A stretch of 64,000 bases of DNA from Eledone cirrhosa (Eukaryota), in contig OZ024753.1 of assembly GCA_964016885.1 (NCBI GenBank), positions 15,934,001 to 15,998,000 of the forward strand, in the 5' to 3' direction. The notes beneath the pieces are model-generated. The model ran no database searches, had not been told where the DNA came from, and saw only the letters and a program-made list of their open reading frames with translations. Positions 62,301-64,000 of the stretch are shown here, in pieces; position 1 is the first letter of the stretch, and every line of letters starts with the position of its first letter. The position numbers and the translations under genes were made by a program.

Positions 62301-64000
62301 CTGACATCTCATCCTACAGCTAACAAACCACAGTTCACAACCGACATCTCATGGCCCACAGCTAACAAACCACAGTTCACAACCGACATCTCATCCCACA
62401 GCGAACAAACCACAGTTCACAACCAACATCTCATCCCACAGCTAACAAACCACAGTTCACATCCGACATCTCATCCCACAGCTAACAAACCACAGTTCAC
62501 AACCAACATCTCATCCCACAGCTAACAAACCACACTTCACAACCGACATCTCATCCCACAGTTAACAAACCACAGTTCACAACTGACATCTCATCCCACA
62601 GCTAACAAACCACAGTTCACAACTGACATCTAATCCCACAGCTAACAAACCACAGTTCACAACCGACATCTCATTCCACAGCTAACAAACCACAGTTCAC
62701 ATCCGACATCTCATCCCACAGCTAACAAACCACAGTTCACAACCAACATCTAATCCCACAGCTAACAAACCACACTTCACAACCGACATCTCATCCCACA
62801 GTTAACAAACCACAGTTCACAACCGACATCTCATCCCACAGCTAACAAACCACAGTTCACAACTGACATCTAATCCCACAGCTAACAAACCACAGTTCAC
62901 AACCGACATATCATCCCACAGCTAACAAACCACAGTTCACAACCGACATCTCATCCCACAGTTAACAAACCACAGTTCACAACCGACATCTAATCCCACA
63001 GCTAACAAACCACAGTTCACAACTGACATCTCATCCCACAGCGAACAAACCACAGTTCACAACCAACATCTCATCCCACAGCTAACAAACCACAGTTCAC
63101 ATCCGACATCTCATCCCACAGCTAACAAACCACAGTTCACAACCAACATCTCATCCCACAGCTAACAAACCACACTTCACAACCGACATCTCATCCCACA
63201 GTTAACAAACCACAGTTCACAACCGACATATCATCCCACAGCTAACAAACCACAGTTCACAACCGACATCTCATCCCACAGTTAACAAACCACAGTTCAC
63301 AACCGACATCTAATCCCACAGCTAACAAACCACAGTTCACAACTGACATCTCATCCCACAGCGAACAAACCACAGTTCACAACCAACATCTCATCCCACA
63401 GCTAACAAACCACAGTTCACATCCGACATCTCATCCCACAGTTAACAAACCACAGTTCACAACCGACATATCATCCCACAGCTAACAAACCACAGTTCAC
63501 AACCGACATCTCATCCCACAGTTAACAAACCACAGTTCACAACCGACATCTAATCCCACAGCTAACAAACCACAGTTCACAACTGACATCTCATCCCACA
63601 GCGAACAAACCACAGTTCACAACCAACATCTCATCCCACAGCTAACAAACCACAGTTCACAACCAACATCTCATCCCACAGCTAACAAACCACAGTTCAC
63701 ATCCGACATCTCATCCCACAGCTAACAAACCACAGTTCACAACCAACATCTCATCCCACAGCTAACAAACCACACTTCACAACCGACATCTCATCCCACA
63801 GCTAACAAACCACAGTTCACAACTGACATCTAATCCCACAGCTAACAAACCACAGTTCACAACCGACATCTCATTCCACAGCTAACAAACCACAGTTCAC
63901 ATCCGACATCTCATCCCACAGCTAACAAACCACAGTTCACAACCAACATCTAATCCCACAGCTAACAAACCACACTTCACAACCGACATCTCATCCCACA
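56339..64000. repeat. 40-bp satellite, about 190 copies, continuing past the window end
   Basis: CTGACATCTCATCCCACAGCTAACAAACCACAGTTCACAA. Confidence 0.99.

Noticed and set aside
56339-64000. CRISPR-like appearance of this and other regular arrays
   Set aside because: The units are contiguous with no unique spacers, there are no cas genes, and the context is eukaryotic.

Overview
This is AT-rich eukaryotic DNA made almost entirely of repeats. The SINE, RTE and Penelope families resemble those of octopod cephalopods; this is inferred from family resemblance only. No host gene can be called confidently, and most ORFs in the track are microsatellite or SINE artefacts. Retroelements include decayed LINEs (one L1/Tx1-like copy and several RTE-like copies), two Penelope-like GIY-YIG remnants, and at least three tRNA-derived SINE families. 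DNA elements include a deleted mariner with long TIRs, a Tc1-like transposase start at the left edge, piggyBac-, hAT- and Helitron-type non-autonomous elements, many minisatellites, and a 40-bp satellite over 7.6 kb long that runs off the right end. Three patterns stand out. (i) There is a set of minimal type I hammerhead ribozyme motifs, including a perfect 250-bp palindrome with one intact hammerhead core on each strand and a pair of copies with a compensatory stem I change. (ii) Several minisatellites grew directly out of LINE or SINE sequence. (iii) Fold-back hairpins recur inside transposable elements.
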